Of a stretch of 64,000 nucleotides of DNA, positions 38,999 through 48,197 are shown piece after piece. The notes under the pieces are model-generated. The model worked only from the letters and a program-made list of their open reading frames with translations, searched no databases and was not told where the DNA came from. The first letter of the stretch is position 1. Each line of letters starts with the position of its first letter. The DNA is taken from contig SCTS01000002.1 in assembly GCA_004322365.1 (NCBI GenBank), forward strand, positions 12,993 through 76,992, written 5' to 3'. The DNA is from Patescibacteria group bacterium. Lineage in GTDB: Bacteria; Patescibacteriota; Minisyncoccia; Phycocordibacterales; Phycocordibacteraceae. The position numbers and the translations under genes were made by a program.

Positions 38999-40534
38999 CT
39001 ACACAGGCAGACCCACACCAGAAATAGGCTCCACATGAAGCATCTGTCGAAGATCATCTTCGGGAATCTCTGAAGCCTGCTTTTCTTCCTTCTTAGGAGA
39101 GGCATCTTCTTTTTTAGTCGCACCATCCGTCTTCGCATCAGGAGTTTTTGGTTTTGGTTTTTCACTAGCATCCGCCTTCTTACCTCCTGCTGGTTCTCCT
39201 GGTGTTGGCGTAGCTGTACGCTTGTTAAAGATAGATCGGAATGTATCTGAAAATGACCCTGGCTCACCCCCCTTTCCTTTATCTTTTGGATCTTCTTCCT
39301 TAGGAGCTTTGAAAAGCGCATCAACTTTTACTCGCTGAGTTGTGTATTTTTCTCGAGAAAAGGTCTGCAAATCTTGGTATGACTCCCCCGTTCTCTCGGG
39401 GCGTGGAAGTGCCATGGCAAAAAACGGACGCGCGCGTACTGAATCAATAGTGAGTGCAACGCACATTTCACCTTCCTTCAATTTTGATAAATCCTCTGGC
39501 GAAACATACGGATAAAAAATCTTTTCAGCGAGTGAGAAATCTGCAGGATGCGGTGCAAAGGCAAGAACCGATCCACATCGTCGAAATGCTTTTTCATATA
39601 ACTCTTCATCTTCTTCATTCTGTGGAGTACTTGCAAATGCGCATGCAACTTTCCGCTCTGGCAGTATGAGCTCAATATCTTTTTCAGAAAGGTATTTCAA
39701 ACAGTCATATAAATAGAGTGCGGTGTTTTCACCAAGTACCCCCCGAGCACGAGCTGCGTGTGTAAAGATGCGCACCAAGGGCGTTATGCGTGTTGGAAAC
39801 ATTCGAATACGCGACACATCAACAACAATCACAGCCCCAGCGTTATTTTGTGCGAGTGAAAATTTTGATTCTGTCTGCCCAAGAACATTGCGCACCAGAG
39901 TATCTTTCGCAATGTAACGGCCATGCTCAATAATTAACGCAGCATCATCTTCGTTCGATTTCATAATCTCTTCAAAACGAATACTCTCTGGAGTTTGAGC
40001 ACCAAACATTTTGTCGCGCGCCTTTGGATCAGCAACTGCGTTATATAAACAAAGTGCACTTACATCTTGGCGAGCAAGAGAAAATTCAGCGATGTATTCG
40101 GTAAGGGCGCTTGGAGCAATGCGATACATGCTCGCAAGTGCTTCAGAAAAAACGCCAACGGCTTTTTCACCGAGCGGACGAAATTCATTAATAGGATTCC
40201 ACGAAAAAGGATGTTCTCCGTCAGAAGGGTCAAGAAACACAAGTCGCTCGCGAGCACTCTCGCTTAAACGCTCTAAAAGCATCGGCACCAAATTTCCTGA
40301 TGCATCCAAAATAACCACACTCATCCCTCGCTCAATATCTTGCAGAGCCATACCTGCAAAAAGAGTTGCACGGCCACTGCCAGCCTTCCCCATCACAGAA
40401 AAATGTTCCAAGCGGTCAGCGTCTTTAATACCAAACGGCACCACACCATCACGAAAAGCTGTTTTCCCGATGTAGGTCACTTTGCCACCCCAATCCATTG
40501 CGCCAGTGTACCTCGTTAGATAATTAATATTCAA
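38999..40534 (-). CDS. TraG/VirD4/TraD-like P-loop NTPase (type IV coupling-protein-like) with degenerate Walker A and K/E/P-rich C-terminal tail
   Basis: VMGKAGSGRATLF...GMSVVILDASGN resembles the T4CP GxxGSGKS...VVxDPKGE region, but Lys is replaced by Arg. No N-terminal TM. C-terminal 100 aa is low-complexity (PKDKGKGGEPG...KPKPKTPDAK). Confidence 0.35.
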   Translation of the reverse strand: MNINYLTRYTGAMDWGGKVTYIGKTAFRDGVVPFGIKDADRLEHFSVMGKAGSGRATLFAGMALQDIERGMSVVILDASGNLVPMLLERLSESARERLVFLDPSDGEHPFSWNPINEFRPLGEKAVGVFSEALASMYRIAPSALTEYIAEFSLARQDVSALCLYNAVADPKARDKMFGAQTPESIRFEEIMKSNEDDAALIIEHGRYIAKDTLVRNVLGQTESKFSLAQNNAGAVIVVDVSRIRMFPTRITPLVRIFTHAARARGVLGENTALYLYDCLKYLSEKDIELILPERKVACAFASTPQNEEDEELYEKAFRRCGSVLAFAPHPADFSLAEKIFYPYVSPEDLSKLKEGEMCVALTIDSVRARPFFAMALPRPERTGESYQDLQTFSREKYTTQRVKVDALFKAPKEEDPKDKGKGGEPGSFSDTFRSIFNKRTATPTPGEPAGGKKADASEKPKPKTPDAKTDGATKKEDASPKKEEKQASEIPEDDLRQMLHVEPISGVGLPV

Positions 40535-40626
40535 TATTGACTATTGCCTCTTTGGGTAGTAACAGGCCTAGCGAGTGAGCTTTTCAGCTCAACCTTATAG
40601 ATCCACCTCTTTTACAGAAAAACTAC

Positions 40627-40668
40627 CGATATAGTTTAATCTAACGATCGTTAGATTAAACTATATCG
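40627..40668. promoter_or_regulatory. 42-bp perfect palindrome CGATATAGTTTAATCTAACGATCGTTAGATTAAACTATATCG (operator-like), copy 1
   Basis: Read directly; centered on GATC. Lies between the PaaX-like gene stop and the T4CP-like gene start. Confidence 0.75.
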
Positions 40669-40701
40669 TCTTTCTCTCTATCTCCGTGCGGTTTTTGAAG
40701 A

Positions 40702-41283
40702 TTATTTAGCTGGAGACAAACCAAAGCGTCGGCGAAGAGCTCCATCATTCTCTATGGTGTCAGCAATGATGTAGAGAACCTCCTGCCCCATCTTAAGGTC
40801 AGCCTTGATGAGTATAATCAAGTCCTCACAGTCATACGGATACGCCCACACACTATTCTGCAAACGAACAAACCCAAGATTGATCAGCGCCATTCGCATC
40901 TTGTCGCGCAAACCTCGTCGTTTCTCCTCAATATCAAAAACAAGTACACGCCACTTACCATCCCACTGCTTTGGTTTTTTAGGAGTCACTGAACCCTCAT
41001 GCACCAGCATCGCAAATCGCTCCCCTTTCGGAGTCAAAGACGCATACGAAGTGCCATTTCTTTTTTCAAGAACGATGTACCCTTCACGAATCATTCGTGA
41101 AAAAGATTCTTTCACCTGATAGCGCCGTTGGTTAAGAAACTTCATCTTTCCCAAAGCCCCAAGAACATTTGGTGCGACAGCGGCAACAGCAAGCGTGCCA
41201 GTAAGCGCTACTGCATTAATGATTGCATTGTTAATCTTTGTACGGCGAATCTTCCCTTTCAGCGCTTGTTCAATTTTTCCCAT
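40702..41283 (-). CDS. PaaX-family transcriptional regulator (wHTH + PaaX middle domain)
   Basis: QWDGKWRVLVFDIEEKRRGLRDKMRMALINLGFVRLQNSVWAYP matches the PaaX WDGxW / GFGxLxxSVW core; N-terminal wing RNGTSYASLTPKG; 193 aa. Confidence 0.55.
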   Translation of the reverse strand: MGKIEQALKGKIRRTKINNAIINAVALTGTLAVAAVAPNVLGALGKMKFLNQRRYQVKESFSRMIREGYIVLEKRNGTSYASLTPKGERFAMLVHEGSVTPKKPKQWDGKWRVLVFDIEEKRRGLRDKMRMALINLGFVRLQNSVWAYPYDCEDLIILIKADLKMGQEVLYIIADTIENDGALRRRFGLSPAK

Positions 41284-41323
41284 ATGCGACAGAATTAATG
41301 TAGTAAAAATGGCTAAATAATAG

Positions 41324-41365
41324 CGATATAGTTTAATCTAACGATCGTTAAATTATACTATACAG
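41324..41365. promoter_or_regulatory. Operator-like palindrome copy 2 (imperfect right arm: CGATATAGTTTAATCTAACGATCGTTAAATTATACTATACAG)
   Basis: Read directly; about 40 bp upstream of the PaaX-like start. Confidence 0.65.
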
Positions 41366-41411
41366 AGAGATACATGGCACGTACTGATGAAGTCAGCGCC
41401 TTTGCAAAAGG

Positions 41412-42080
41412 CTAGTTCTTTTTTCGAAGAGCGAGTGTTTTCCAAACAATGATCCCTAAACTAATGACCACAAAAACCCCTCCCATAATGTAGGCTCTGT
41501 ATTCAAAACTAATAGGAAGTCCAAAAAAGCTAAAGAGGTATCCTTCTAGAAATTCGTGCACAAGTGGTGGCATCAAAACAAACGCGAGCGAAAATGGAAC
41601 CCAAAAGTAGCTGAAGGAGAATAAGGCCTTCAATGTACTGTGAAAACTAGCGGTGTACTTATCTAAAAACACCGTCAGTAACTTCCCAACGATAATTCCT
41701 ACACTCACCATGACAAAAAGGCTACTCATTAAAAATACGGCATCTTTTTGAATGAAAGAGTAAATTGGCATCATTGCACCGCCTGGTTCTGATGCAACCA
41801 CAATAACCAGTATTGAAAGTGGAACCCACCACATCGTAAACTTAAGCCATGATTTAAAAATCGAAGAAGAAACAAAAATGAGAAAGAAGGCGGTGGGTAG
41901 AGTTACAATTGAAAAAAGGTAAACAGGTGTGAGCAAACCAAAAGATTGATGTACTAATGACCCATAACAAGCATCGAGAGAATCAACACACCAATGTGCA
42001 ACATAATCTAATGTTATCCAAAAAAATATCAAAAATAACGGCATTGCCTGTTTTATTTTCATAGATTTATAGATGATCAA
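41412..42080 (-). CDS. Hypothetical polytopic membrane protein
   Basis: 222 aa, about 6 TM helices, no recognizable motif; stop/start overlap (ATGA) with the large secreted hydrolase gene. Confidence 0.4.
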   Translation of the reverse strand: MIIYKSMKIKQAMPLFLIFFWITLDYVAHWCVDSLDACYGSLVHQSFGLLTPVYLFSIVTLPTAFFLIFVSSSIFKSWLKFTMWWVPLSILVIVVASEPGGAMMPIYSFIQKDAVFLMSSLFVMVSVGIIVGKLLTVFLDKYTASFHSTLKALFSFSYFWVPFSLAFVLMPPLVHEFLEGYLFSFFGLPISFEYRAYIMGGVFVVISLGIIVWKTLALRKKN

Positions 42081-45000
42081 AAAAGAAAATCCAAAAACTT
42101 AAATGAACTCCTAAAACCATTGTATACCTGCAAAATAAAGTCAGAGAATCCCCTCTGTTGAGAAACGGGGCGGAAAGGCGTGACTGTTTGTATAATTGTT
42201 TGAGTTTTTTGAACAGAATTTTTTTCTTGAACTCTGGCTACTTCCTGTACACTTTTTTTCGAGATAACTTGAATATTCTCTACAGGCGTATCTGTTGCGT
42301 GAGCTTGAGTAGATGTGAGGTTAACGAAAACGGCAATAGTACTTGTGCCAGCAACCATACCTACAGAAGCATTCCAAATTGGCCCTCCACCGCCAGCTTG
42401 AACCGGAGCTTGTGTCGAGGTCTCTGCGGGAACAATAGGTTCTTCATAGATTACAGTTTCTCCGACTAATGGTTGAAGTGTGATATCGACCACCTCATCA
42501 CCATCTTCATCAACTTCAAGTAATGAAGCAGTCTCGATACCATCGCCTATACTTAAAGTTACTTTGGTGTTTCCAGTCGTGGGTAGGTTTGCAAGAGTAG
42601 TTTGTTTCATCAGGTTATTTTCTTCCACCTCTTGAATATCAAGTGAAAAAGTTCCTACATCAAGCCCATTTAAAACAACTTGGTACTGAGGCCCTTGCTG
42701 AGCAGTGATGTATTGCACATCTCCAAGCTCTCCATACTCAACATCGGGAATTTCTTGGTCAAACGAGCCATCTTCATTGTACCCAACATGATTTCCAGAT
42801 GAGTCGAAGAGCTCAAGGGTGAGAGGAGAATGGAGGAAGAAGCGGAGCTTTTTTGCTTGTTTTAATGTAGAAGGTTGTTCTGTTTGAACATAACTAGTAA
42901 GTGTGTTTGTTGTATTAAAAATATTTTTAATAAACTGACGCAATTCAGGAACTTCTAGAATATTTCCATGGTCACTTGGATTGTCTTTATGGTCACTATT
43001 ATAGTCTTCTAAATTTACCCAATACCTCTTCACATTTTCAGTGCTCGTACTCATCATGAGAGCACTCGGAACGGGCACGACGCCGTCACCATCTTCAACA
43101 AAAAGTGGACGATACGCCCTTGGATTAAGAGCAGTGAAGGCACTCACCTGCGGTGCATCATAAAATTCAATACCTGCCACTGTGCCCACTCCCCACCCAG
43201 CGATTTGATACAAAGTAATATTTTCTGGTGGCACCCATACATCAAGATTGTCGTGAAGAGACTTGGCATAGTCAACAAGCGCTGAATTTAAAACATTTGC
43301 TTTGCCAATTTGGTTTGAAAGCGGTTTCTCTCTTCCGCCGTCTCGCGCGAGCAAAAAATCACCAAGCTCTGTACTGTTTCCAACTACTAACCCATACGCA
43401 ATTCGCTCTTTCTCAAACGCTTTTTCACCATCAAAAATAACTACAGGATGATTAATGTCTTTCGTGTCATCAAAATACTTTTGTGACGGAAGGAGGTGAT
43501 ATCCCATCGGAGAATTTTCTGCAAACTCACGTGCGGTTTTTTTATCAACAACTGAAACAGGGAAAAAAGAAATATCCTCTTTATAACCATAAAGAAGAGC
43601 GCCAATGCTTTGTGGTGCGCCACTTTGCGGAACGCCGACAAAAATAACTCTGTCGACAAGTTTTTGAGCCCCAGTGTCTCCGAGCTGTTGCAGTAATGCC
43701 TTAGTAACTAATCCACCATTTGAATGCGCAACAATAGTCACCTTCCCCGTTTGCGACTGCGATGCGAGCTCACGAAGTGTCTGCGTAATGTAGGGCGTTG
43801 CTGTAGCAGTGTCGTAAAAAATCTTTCCATCGACCTCGGCACCATTCGCCAAAATGTCATCGAGAGAAAGACGCCAGTCATACGCAACAGGTTGCCAGTC
43901 TGTTATGGCTCTGGCGCTCTTGAGTTCATCCATGTCAGAAATGAAAGATTTGTAGTAGTCCTTTCCGCCTGCGGAATCAAGAATACTTCCCTCTTTTACA
44001 TAGACATTCCCAGTGCTCTTGCCGTTTGAATCAAGAAACATTCCTCGCACATCAGCGTTCCCCTCAAGTAAATCAGGTTCCCATAACTTATTTTCCGCAC
44101 CACCACTCTCCACATAGAGTCGACTTCCTTTAATTCCTGGCAAAAACAGCACACTCGAGCAACACTTCTGAAACTCAGTGGGAGAAAACGGCGTGGTTTG
44201 AATAACAGAAGCATCTCCGTCAATCGTTCCGTAGAAAGAAACATAGGTTGAATCAGATATATCCCCCGCACACCCCGTGCAGGAAAGTGCAATATCGTTT
44301 TCGTCGTCCCACAGCACAAAGTGAGTCGACGAGGTCATGCGAAATGAGTAATAGCGAATGTACGGCGTGAAAGAAGAATCTGGTGAAAGCGATGAATAGC
44401 TGGGTACACTCGTGACACACGACTCATCGCCCACCAACACTGCCGTACGAAACACTCTCCCGTCGTTATACGGAGTCTTCAGTCGCAAGTGGACACGCAG
44501 CAAACCATCCACATACTCTGCACTTTCTGAGAAATCAAAATAATAACCACTCGCACTACCTGCATTACAGGGCGTAGGTTTTTCTATTGAATTTTGAAAC
44601 GTGGGAGGTGTTGCATCTTTTTCTATATGTAAAGTTTGTGAAGTAAAAACACTCCCGCCGTTATCTATGGTTCCCTCAAAAGAAATCCTTGTGTAAAGAG
44701 GCACTGCGGGTATATCAAAACTTGCCATCATTACCTCATTTTGATCATCCCATACATCAAAATGAGTGCCTGAGGTGAAGCGAATACTCCAGCTTACAAC
44801 CCCAGCCGGAAGAGCTACGGATACAAACGAATTTGCTGACGTGAGGGAATTACACTCGTCATCAATATACGACCAACGGATTTTAAAAGAACGACCGTCC
44901 GAATACTGCGGTAGATTATGGAAATTGTGAATTAAATACCCTGCATCTGAATACTGTATATTTTCATACGAATCAAAAAAGTATCCACTTGCGGAAAGAG

Positions 45001-45097
45001 CGGTTGCCCCACATGGAGCGGTATCAGCAAATACCTGTATAGGGAAAAAGACAGAAACGAAAAATAGAACGACAACTGTCGTCACTGTTCTCTTCAC
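42077..45097 (-). CDS. Large secreted alpha/beta-hydrolase (LCAT/PGAP1-like lipase/esterase/acyltransferase) with two N-terminal Cys-containing repeat domains
   Basis: Signal peptide. Two about 150-aa repeats (CGATALSASGYFFDS.. / CNAGSASGYYFDFS..). Lipase-type motifs VLFLPGIKGSRL and VTIVAHSNGGLV (GxSxG nucleophile elbow). 1006 aa; GTG start. Confidence 0.5.
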   Translation of the reverse strand: MKRTVTTVVVLFFVSVFFPIQVFADTAPCGATALSASGYFFDSYENIQYSDAGYLIHNFHNLPQYSDGRSFKIRWSYIDDECNSLTSANSFVSVALPAGVVSWSIRFTSGTHFDVWDDQNEVMMASFDIPAVPLYTRISFEGTIDNGGSVFTSQTLHIEKDATPPTFQNSIEKPTPCNAGSASGYYFDFSESAEYVDGLLRVHLRLKTPYNDGRVFRTAVLVGDESCVTSVPSYSSLSPDSSFTPYIRYYSFRMTSSTHFVLWDDENDIALSCTGCAGDISDSTYVSFYGTIDGDASVIQTTPFSPTEFQKCCSSVLFLPGIKGSRLYVESGGAENKLWEPDLLEGNADVRGMFLDSNGKSTGNVYVKEGSILDSAGGKDYYKSFISDMDELKSARAITDWQPVAYDWRLSLDDILANGAEVDGKIFYDTATATPYITQTLRELASQSQTGKVTIVAHSNGGLVTKALLQQLGDTGAQKLVDRVIFVGVPQSGAPQSIGALLYGYKEDISFFPVSVVDKKTAREFAENSPMGYHLLPSQKYFDDTKDINHPVVIFDGEKAFEKERIAYGLVVGNSTELGDFLLARDGGREKPLSNQIGKANVLNSALVDYAKSLHDNLDVWVPPENITLYQIAGWGVGTVAGIEFYDAPQVSAFTALNPRAYRPLFVEDGDGVVPVPSALMMSTSTENVKRYWVNLEDYNSDHKDNPSDHGNILEVPELRQFIKNIFNTTNTLTSYVQTEQPSTLKQAKKLRFFLHSPLTLELFDSSGNHVGYNEDGSFDQEIPDVEYGELGDVQYITAQQGPQYQVVLNGLDVGTFSLDIQEVEENNLMKQTTLANLPTTGNTKVTLSIGDGIETASLLEVDEDGDEVVDITLQPLVGETVIYEEPIVPAETSTQAPVQAGGGGPIWNASVGMVAGTSTIAVFVNLTSTQAHATDTPVENIQVISKKSVQEVARVQEKNSVQKTQTIIQTVTPFRPVSQQRGFSDFILQVYNGFRSSFKFLDFLF

Positions 45098-45160
45098 CTA
45101 TACATCTTTGCCCTTCTAAAAAAATGCGCTACCTCATTCACTGCAACTAAGGGGAAAACT

Positions 45161-45202
45161 TCGATATAGTTTAATCTAACGGTCGTTAAATTATACTATA
45201 TC
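45161..45202. promoter_or_regulatory. Operator-like palindrome copy 3 (CGATATAGTTTAATCTAACGGTCGTTAAATTATACTATATCG)
   Basis: Read directly; about 65 bp upstream of the hydrolase operon start. Confidence 0.65.
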
Positions 45203-45286
45203 GTAGGAGGAGTGGAAAGAGCAAAAAAGGTCAGCCTCTGAATACCACATTCAGAGTAAGCATACAAAGGTCGGACCTTTGTAAAC

Positions 45287-45326
45287 TTAATACACCCCTA
45301 ATTCGTGCGAATTAGGGGTGTATTAA
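45287..45326 (-). terminator. Strong hairpin TTAATACACCCCTAATTCG-TG-CGAATTAGGGGTGTATTAA (19-bp perfect stem), candidate terminator after the P-loop kinase gene; related to the REP-like GTATAC-C5 family
   Basis: Read directly. Two further hairpins at 45265-45281 and 45235-45255; the latter is followed on the minus strand by a T-run. Confidence 0.45.
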
Positions 45327-45346
45327 AGTGCTATCAGCAAGAGGTA

Positions 45347-45868
45347 CTAAAGAGCACCAAAAACATTGTTTTTTATGAGGGTGTAGACAGCTTCTGGGTT
45401 TAAGTTAGTGGTATCTATCACTGTTGCTCCCGATCTTTCGTGACGAAATTTTTCTGCACTCTCCCATAACTCCTCCACTTTTTTTGGAGTAAGCAAACTG
45501 TCAGGGCTGTACCCCCTCTGCGCTGCACGCTCAATTACTTTCTCCTTCTCTGCGGTCAACACAAACTCATGAATCTCTGCACCATACTTTGCTCCGAGTA
45601 GCGTTATGGCATCAAGGATTTCTGGAGCATCCAAAAGTACTTTATCGACAATGACACTGTTGCCAGTTTTTAAATACGACTCAATGGCGTCCGTTGTGTA
45701 TTGGTATGCAAGCCTCAAACTCTCATCGGTATGCTCTTTATAGGCACTAATGAATCTGCGCCATACATCCACCTCAACCAAAAGCGATAGCGGAATTTCC
45801 TTATGCAATCGCTCTGCAACAGTAGACTTCCCTACCCCCGAAGGTCCATTTATAAGTATGAGTTTCAT
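45347..45868 (-). CDS. P-loop kinase (AAA_33 / CPT-like small-molecule or nucleotide kinase)
   Basis: LINGPSGVGKSTVAERL Walker A; 173 aa. Confidence 0.5.
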   Translation of the reverse strand: MKLILINGPSGVGKSTVAERLHKEIPLSLLVEVDVWRRFISAYKEHTDESLRLAYQYTTDAIESYLKTGNSVIVDKVLLDAPEILDAITLLGAKYGAEIHEFVLTAEKEKVIERAAQRGYSPDSLLTPKKVEELWESAEKFRHERSGATVIDTTNLNPEAVYTLIKNNVFGAL

Positions 45869-45904
45869 AGCTCTTTAAGATAGCCACTCTCAAGCATATC
45901 CTGC

Positions 45905-46363
45905 CTATTTTTTATTCTCAACCAGATCAATCGCCCGCTTGCCGTAAAACGCAACATTGCTTTGTAAATCACTCATTGCATCAATATCTTCTTTGGTACA
46001 CCACTTCCATGCATCGGAAATTTTCTCAGGAACGATTTCATCGGTGTTTGTAGTGGCGAAATAAATAAGCGAGATGTGTTCGTGTGTACCAGAAATACTG
46101 TGACGATTCATTGAAATAGGTGCAATGAGTTCTTTTATTTTTGCATCTCCTTGATATTCTCTAGTGTCAAAAAGCTCTACAGTGAGCCCCACTTCCTCTT
46201 GTACCTCCCGGAGTGCCGCTTGATTGGGATCTTCATTAAGTTCAATGTGCCCACCAACAGAAAGCCAAATGCCATATTTGTCATGCTTTCTTAAAAGCAC
46301 TTTGCCATTGAAGACTACAAATACCTCAACGGTAAAATCAATGTGCTCGTGTAGATGAGGCAT
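45905..46363 (-). CDS. Nudix hydrolase
   Basis: Nudix box GGHIELNEDPNQAALREVQEEVGL. Confidence 0.7.
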   Translation of the reverse strand: MPHLHEHIDFTVEVFVVFNGKVLLRKHDKYGIWLSVGGHIELNEDPNQAALREVQEEVGLTVELFDTREYQGDAKIKELIAPISMNRHSISGTHEHISLIYFATTNTDEIVPEKISDAWKWCTKEDIDAMSDLQSNVAFYGKRAIDLVENKK

Positions 46364-46368
46364 GATTT

Positions 46369-47064
46369 TTATATTTCAACAGTAGCTGATATCGGCAGAT
46401 GATCAGAGCCTTTTGAATTCTCTACTTTTGAGGCAATTGTTTTTATGTCTGAGCTCAAAAAAATATAATCGAGCCTTGTATCAATTTTCTGCGGATTACA
46501 AACGGGACATCCTTCGGGATACACGCTCCATGTAGGAGTATGAGTAGTGTCTGTATCAGTAAGTACAGAGTGCATTTTTTGCACAGCAACGCTTTCAGGG
46601 GTTGCGTTAAAATCCCCCATCACCATTACTTTCTCTAGAGGAAGAACCTTTAGTAAGTTTTCTACTTGTAATTCTTGAATGCTAGAGACTTTTTGATGCG
46701 TATGAAGAAGGTGAACAGAAAACACATGCACTGTTTCTCCCTCAATAGTAATGTCAGCTTGCACGGCTACACGCTTATTTTCGTCAGAAAGCATATGAAC
46801 CGCACTACTTACGATTGGGTGTCTACTAAAAACAGCATTGCCCATTTCGTCAGTCCCATCACTTGAAAGGGTTGCGGCGCGCGCAGGCGCATATACATGT
46901 TCGTAGCCGAGTGATGTCAAAAATTCAATGATTGGAATGCTTTTACTGAATGGAAGCACTTCCTGCAGACCAATAATGTCCGCCTCTGAGGACCTCAAAA
47001 ACTCTGCAATTTCATCAAAGTGTCCTTCGTCCCAAATATTCCAAGAGAGCACTTTTAGTTGCAT
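46369..47064 (-). CDS. Endonuclease/exonuclease/phosphatase (EEP) family protein
   Basis: LKVLSWNIWDEG, IIGLQEV, MGDFN, SDHLPI: EEP family catalytic motifs; start set at MQLKVLSWNIW. Confidence 0.6.
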   Translation of the reverse strand: MQLKVLSWNIWDEGHFDEIAEFLRSSEADIIGLQEVLPFSKSIPIIEFLTSLGYEHVYAPARAATLSSDGTDEMGNAVFSRHPIVSSAVHMLSDENKRVAVQADITIEGETVHVFSVHLLHTHQKVSSIQELQVENLLKVLPLEKVMVMGDFNATPESVAVQKMHSVLTDTDTTHTPTWSVYPEGCPVCNPQKIDTRLDYIFLSSDIKTIASKVENSKGSDHLPISATVEI

Positions 47065-47095
47065 ACAGTAAGCATAGCAAACAGAGTATGGCGAA

Positions 47096-47626
47096 TTACA
47101 AAAGACGTCGTCGTGGATTAAATTCGCGTTCACGCTCACGAGGCATTTTTGCTTTTACTAATTCCCCAACCTCATTGAGTACAAAGATAGCATCGAAGCC
47201 ATCATCTATTTGTGGAGGAAATTTCTTGAGATGATCAACTCGACCATCAAATAGTTTTCGAGTTGTTTTTTCTTCAGCGCTCCGCGCCTGAACGCGCGCC
47301 CACGCATGTTCTTCTGGAGTATCAACAAATATTCCTTGTATTCTCTTCACACCGTTCGCTCGCGCGAATGCAATAAGCTCTCGTCGATATCCATTAAGAA
47401 AAGTGCCGTCAAGGACTACAGTCTTACCTGCGCGATAGAGCTCGAGCATGCGTGAACCAATATGTTCAAATACCGCCGGAGTAGATGACTCCGCACGACT
47501 AAGTCCGAACGCCTCTCGAACGGTGTCGAAACTTATATATTCATAGGCATACTTTTGAGCAAGCTTGGTGAGATTTGTCGATTTACCAGAGCCCGGAAGC
47601 CCCATCCCTACCATCAGTTTTGCCAT
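47096..47626 (-). CDS. P-loop kinase (AAA_33 / polynucleotide-kinase-like)
   Basis: MVGMGLPGSGKST Walker A; 176 aa. Confidence 0.5.
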   Translation of the reverse strand: MAKLMVGMGLPGSGKSTNLTKLAQKYAYEYISFDTVREAFGLSRAESSTPAVFEHIGSRMLELYRAGKTVVLDGTFLNGYRRELIAFARANGVKRIQGIFVDTPEEHAWARVQARSAEEKTTRKLFDGRVDHLKKFPPQIDDGFDAIFVLNEVGELVKAKMPREREREFNPRRRLL

Positions 47627-47699
47627 ACGCCTACCCTAATGTACTTAGGGGAGAGAGGCAAGGAAACGTATGAGATTGAAAAAATCAGAACTATCGCTT

Positions 47700-47951
47700 T
47701 CAACGATGAATACAACCTGCCCAACAACAAGGCCTGCGCATCCCGCCTTTAAGTTTCGAAAGTGCCTTCTCAATACGGATATTCCTTGTTTCCGCTTTTT
47801 TCCCAGAGATGACCCAGCAGATCCATTCATTGCGTGCGAGCGGTGTAATATCCTCCCATACGGCAAGCGTCTTAGGTATTTTAAGTATCGCCGTTTCTAA
47901 ATCTTCCGGCATTTTGTGTACCACACCACCAGCAAGCGTTTGTTTGGTCAT
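47700..47951 (-). CDS. YdeI/OmpD-associated family (DUF1801/OmdA-like) small protein
   Basis: PEDLETAILKIPKTLAVWEDITPLARNEWICWVISGKKAETRNIRIEKAL matches the YdeI C-terminal pattern. Confidence 0.4.
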   Translation of the reverse strand: MTKQTLAGGVVHKMPEDLETAILKIPKTLAVWEDITPLARNEWICWVISGKKAETRNIRIEKALSKLKGGMRRPCCWAGCIHR

Positions 47952-48197
47952 ACGGTCATGGTATCAAATCGTCTGTGGAGATAATCACGTCAAACTTAAC
48001 AAAGTTTGACGTGATTATTATCTATTCTCGTCTTGGCGCCTTGTGGGGCGTCCGCGACGCGAATTTGCACCTAGGACTTCTTGGTGCCATATCTATGGCA
48101 CTCGCGAAGCGAATTTGAGCTTACAAGTCTTTCCGATGATGATATAACCTCGTCGAAATTTGCTAATTTCGACGTGATTTTTACGCTTAAAAATCAG

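Noticed and set aside
38992-39324. 110-aa ORF in an alternative frame over the low-complexity tail of the T4CP-like gene
   Set aside because: Arises from the K/E/P-rich repetitive coding sequence; Arg/Lys-rich with no structure; spurious.
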